A stretch of 35,721 nucleotides of DNA from a virus. Taxonomy: Duplodnaviria; Caudoviricetes. The stretch spans positions 1 through 35,721 of the IMG/VR virus record IMGVR_UViG_3300037482_000205; one strand, written 5' to 3'. How positions within the stretch are numbered: the stretch's first letter is position 1; each line of letters opens with the position of its first letter. The notes beneath the pieces are model-generated. The model was given only the letters and a program-made list of their open reading frames with translations. It ran no database searches and was not told the DNA's origin. Below, in pieces: positions 32,752 to 35,721 of this stretch. A program made the position numbers and the translations under genes.

Positions 32752-33675
32752 TTACGCGACCACGGCCGCGTCGGTGATGCCCCAGAGGCGGGCGGCGGAC
32801 TTGCTCTGGAAGATCGCCATGCCGGAGTACCACTCGACACGTGTCCGGAAGACGGGCTGAGCCTGAAGCTCGCCGAGGTCGCGAACGTCCATCTGGCCGT
32901 TCTGAATGCCGGTCACGCCGTTGTCGGCGACGCTGACGCAGTAGATCGAGGTTGAGGCCGTGCCTCCGCCGGCGGCCGCTTCGGTGAAGGGCAGGATCTG
33001 CGAGCTGGTGTGATCCTCATCCGCGATCAGGATCGGCAGCTCGCCGTACTGGGTGACCTGCCGTCCGAGTTCGTCCTGGCTGTAGTTGATGAACCCGCCG
33101 ACGGTCGAGAGACGGCTGGCCGCGGTCAGGCGCCGGCGCATCGTTTTGTTCATCAGCAGGTGGGTCGGCGACTGCACGGCGTCGATCAGGGCGTCGAGGT
33201 TGACCAGCGAAAGCGCGGCGCCGGTGCCGGCGCTGTTGCTGACGAGCTGGCCACCCACGAGCCGAACCTGAAGGCCGTCGAACTCCTTGGGGTCGGAGGT
33301 CGAGTCGCCCTTGATGAACTTGAGCGTCCACGCCAGGGCCAGCGCCTTGACCTTCATCAGGGTGTGGGTGGCGCGCTGACCCTCGCCCATGGTCTGGACG
33401 ATGAAGCGGTCGACGTCGAGGTCGCCGCCGGCGATCACGAGTGGCTCCATGATGGGGTTGAGGACGCCGACCGATTCGGTGTATGCCTCGTTGACCCCGC
33501 GGAACCCGATGCCGGGAAGCGCCTGCTCCCGGTTGTACTTGAGGGCATTGCCCTCGATGTCCTGGATCGGCAGGACGCGCAGAATGTCGCTCTGCCGCGC
33601 GAACTCCTCCATGATGGTCGAGAGCAGGATCTCGCCGGAGTTGATCTTCGCGGCCTCTACCAGCGTCAGCGGCAT
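32752..33675 (-). CDS. Major capsid protein
   Basis: 307 aa; LTLVEAAK...IEGNALKYNRE..LPGIGFRGVNE...GGDLDVDRF...EFDGLQVR...RVEWYSG...AARLWGI. Confidence 0.92.
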   Translation of the reverse strand: MPLTLVEAAKINSGEILLSTIMEEFARQSDILRVLPIQDIEGNALKYNREQALPGIGFRGVNEAYTESVGVLNPIMEPLVIAGGDLDVDRFIVQTMGEGQRATHTLMKVKALALAWTLKFIKGDSTSDPKEFDGLQVRLVGGQLVSNSAGTGAALSLVNLDALIDAVQSPTHLLMNKTMRRRLTAASRLSTVGGFINYSQDELGRQVTQYGELPILIADEDHTSSQILPFTEAAAGGGTASTSIYCVSVADNGVTGIQNGQMDVRDLGELQAQPVFRTRVEWYSGMAIFQSKSAARLWGITDAAVVA

Positions 33676-33696
33676 GATGTCTCCTGTAGAGACGTG

Positions 33697-34485
33697 TTAG
33701 CGGGCCGCGGCGCCTTGTTTGAAGGCGATCTCGAGCCTCTTGCTCGGCGGAAGCTTCGACACGTCCTGGGTTGTGGTGGTCGTCTTGTGACCGTTGGACG
33801 GGGCTCCGCTTCCGCTGACCCCGGACGCGGCGAGTAGCCGGTCCTTGTCTGCACGCCGGTCGATCAGGATCTCGACAGCTTCGTCGAAACCTGCCGGCTC
33901 TCCGATGCGCTTTCCCTTCTCGATGGTGATCCGCTGCTCGAAGGTGCCGGGGTCGAGATACCCGGCGACCGTTCCGTCTTCCTCGACCCGGAAGTGACGG
34001 CCGAAGTAGGTCTGTGCGATGTCCGGAGGGAGGATGGTCTTCGGCTTCTCGCCGGAGAACCATGCCGACGCGGCGAACTTGCCGCCGATCGACGCCGAGG
34101 ACATCCGCTCCTTCGTCGCCTCCAGCTCCTTGCCGAGGGCGTCCAGGCGCTTCTGGTATTCGGCTGCGACCTGCTCTTTCACGCGGTCGAGGTCCTTGTG
34201 GTCGCTCTTCCCGCCACCGCCGGACTTGCTTGATGCCGATTCCAAGAGCTCCCGAACCTTGTCCGGCTCGGTTTCGAGAGCACGCCAAGACTTCAGCTCG
34301 ATCTCTGCCTTTTCTGCCGCTCGACGGCGATTTGCATTCTCGCTGTTGAGCCTGACGATGGTCGTCTCCGCGTGGCCCGGGTCGTAGGGCTCTTCCGAGC
34401 CGTCATCCTTCAGCCACACGGGATGGTGAGCGCCATCGGCTTCCACCGTGGCGATCTGTCCGTCGTCTGTCGTTTTCCAAGGCAT
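33697..34485 (-). CDS. Capsid scaffolding protein (DUF6651-like)
   Basis: ATG 34485 after AGGAGG; RLNSENANRR coiled coil; IGGKFAAS...PPDIAQTYFGRHFRVEEDG...GEPAGFDEAVEILI...KDRLL. Confidence 0.85.
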   Translation of the reverse strand: MPWKTTDDGQIATVEADGAHHPVWLKDDGSEEPYDPGHAETTIVRLNSENANRRRAAEKAEIELKSWRALETEPDKVRELLESASSKSGGGGKSDHKDLDRVKEQVAAEYQKRLDALGKELEATKERMSSASIGGKFAASAWFSGEKPKTILPPDIAQTYFGRHFRVEEDGTVAGYLDPGTFEQRITIEKGKRIGEPAGFDEAVEILIDRRADKDRLLAASGVSGSGAPSNGHKTTTTTQDVSKLPPSKRLEIAFKQGAAAR

Positions 34486-34637
34486 CTGGGCTTCCGCCCT
34501 CCTTTCGGCGATGGTCGCCGCTGAACTTTTACCGCATGGGAGAGGAGGGGTGGGCGCACGTCTGCGCGTGCAGTGTGTCGCGCCGCGAATTGATTCAACT
34601 AAGTGCCCCGCAGTGTGCCGCTGTACCATTCGATGCC

Positions 34638-34805
34638 ATGGAAGACACAGTGACCCCGAAGGAGCTGGCGGCGGAGTTCCGCTGCCACCCCGATACCGTG
34701 AGGCGGTTGATTCGGAACGGGAAGCTGGCCGCCTACCGCGTGGGCGGGCAGTGGCGGATCAAGGCGGAGGATGTGGAGAAGCTGAAAAGGGAGGTGGCAG
34801 CATGA
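34638..34805 (+). CDS. HTH_17 excisionase-like DNA-binding protein
   Basis: TVTPKELAAEFRCHPDTVRRLIRNGKLAAYRVGGQWRIKAEDVE; TACCAT 8 nt before the ATG. Confidence 0.9.
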   Translation: MEDTVTPKELAAEFRCHPDTVRRLIRNGKLAAYRVGGQWRIKAEDVEKLKREVAA

Positions 34806-35056
34806 CTGATGGAGAGTGGATAATGGTCGAGCCCGGCGGGGTAATCCGCCTGAGCGAGCCGCTCAAGCAGGAACTCAGCATCGTCGACGGAGACATGGTT
34901 TTCGTCGTGGTGAAGAGGCCCACGAAGGCCCGGTCGGACGCTGCGCTAGCTGCGATCTGCGCTGGCGACCTAGAGTACGTGCTGGCCAATCTCACCGCAC
35001 CAGAGTCCGAGGAGCAGGCACCCGCGGCTGAGCCCGCCCCAGCTCCCGACCTCTGA
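34802..35056 (+). CDS. AbrB/MazE-like DNA-binding protein
   Basis: VEPGGVIRLSEPLKQELSIVDGDMVFVVV fits the swapped-hairpin pattern; GGAGG RBS and ATGA coupling. Confidence 0.6.
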   Translation: MTDGEWIMVEPGGVIRLSEPLKQELSIVDGDMVFVVVKRPTKARSDAALAAICAGDLEYVLANLTAPESEEQAPAAEPAPAPDL

Positions 35057-35720
35057 CCACCGGCTCCTCGTAGCAGCGGCACCCAGGATCATCCGACGGC
35101 GGGTGCATCACCCCCATGATCGCGTAGGGCTGGTTCCACGGGATCGCCCCCGCTCGACCCTGAGCGCTGTGCGTCGGCCGGACGTTCTGGTCGCCCTGCG
35201 TCACCCACCGCTTGCGCATCGTGGCCGGCAGCTTCCCGGCGTCGATCTGTGCCTGCCACGCATCGGCGCGAGCTCGGTTGATCGCCTCGGCGATGGCTCG
35301 GTCCGCGGCGCTTCGAGCGCGGATCCGGATCGCCACCGCCGTCTGCCGCGCCACCCCCTCGGCGATGGCTCGCTTGGTCAGCCCCACGGCGCGGGCACGC
35401 TCGGCCCACTGCGCGATGCGCGCCGCCTGCTTGGCCGTGGCGCCGAGGGTGGCGCGTGCGGTCGTGGCCGGCGCCACGCTCACCCCCGCGCGGACCAGGG
35501 CCTCGGCGAAGGCGGCCGCGGTGTCGCCACTCAGCGACTGCGCGAAGGCCTTGGCGGCGAGCGGGGCCTGTACGTCGGCGTAGGCGGTGACGGCAGCTCG
35601 AACCACCGGGAGCCGAACCGCCCTGACCGCGTCGGCGTAGGCGCGGTAGAGAGCGGGGCGCAGCCGCCGGGCGGTGTCGCGTCGGAGAGAGACGAAGACA
35701 CCCTGCCACGCGGGGTCGCT
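34992..35720 (-). CDS. Head morphogenesis protein (Mu gpF / SPP1 gp7 family), 5'-truncated
   Basis: RKRWVTQGDQNVRPTH...HPPSDDPGCRC; frame is open to the window edge. Confidence 0.85.
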   Translation of the reverse strand, partial: SDPAWQGVFVSLRRDTARRLRPALYRAYADAVRAVRLPVVRAAVTAYADVQAPLAAKAFAQSLSGDTAAAFAEALVRAGVSVAPATTARATLGATAKQAARIAQWAERARAVGLTKRAIAEGVARQTAVAIRIRARSAADRAIAEAINRARADAWQAQIDAGKLPATMRKRWVTQGDQNVRPTHSAQGRAGAIPWNQPYAIMGVMHPPSDDPGCRCYEEPVVRGRELGRAQPRVPAPRTLVR

Positions 35721-35721
35721 G

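Noticed and set aside
19453-33837. Many long alternative-frame and antisense ORFs (e.g. 31666-32955, 28073-29188, 26790-27539)
   Set aside because: Shadow ORFs of high-GC coding DNA, Arg/Pro/Gly-rich or mirror-frame, overlapping well-supported structural genes.
34638-35056. AbrB-like gene as antitoxin of a toxin-antitoxin pair
   Set aside because: No adjacent PIN, MazF or Doc toxin gene; its partner is an HTH protein.
1-35721. CRISPR array or mini-array accompanying the Csx16-like gene
   Set aside because: No regularly spaced 25-40 bp direct repeats were seen anywhere, including 3134-3189 and 3476-3517.

Overview
High-GC fragment of a tailed dsDNA phage or prophage with siphovirus-type morphogenesis genes; no tRNA, rRNA, CRISPR array, integrase, terminase or portal is visible. 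The minus strand (35.7 kb down to 3.5 kb) carries, in order: Mu gpF-like head protein, DUF6651 scaffold, major capsid, cement/decoration proteins, head-tail connectors, tail tube, frameshifted tail chaperones, a 1355-aa tape measure, tail-tip proteins, a tail fibre, two fibre/lectin-like proteins with signal peptides, a lysis region (small TM proteins, a TM-PAS protein, a DUF3380-type muramidase) and about 18 small accessory genes. The plus strand (1-3.5 kb) carries HNH-AP2, PD-(D/E)xK-like and VRR-NUC nucleases, then a separate promoter-driven operon: RHH regulator, Pol-beta-type nucleotidyltransferase, 33-aa TM peptide and a Csx16-family protein. Best candidates for undescribed biology: (1) the RHH/NTase/TM/Csx16 operon; (2) a TM-PAS protein and a stand-alone receiver domain whose start codons overlap in one CATG inside the lysis region; (3) three copies of a 14-bp box at fixed spacing before extended -10, leaderless starts; (4) four antisense islands interrupting the late gene run; (5) several exported proteins, two with internal signal peptides. 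All family calls come from motif recognition by eye, not database searches.
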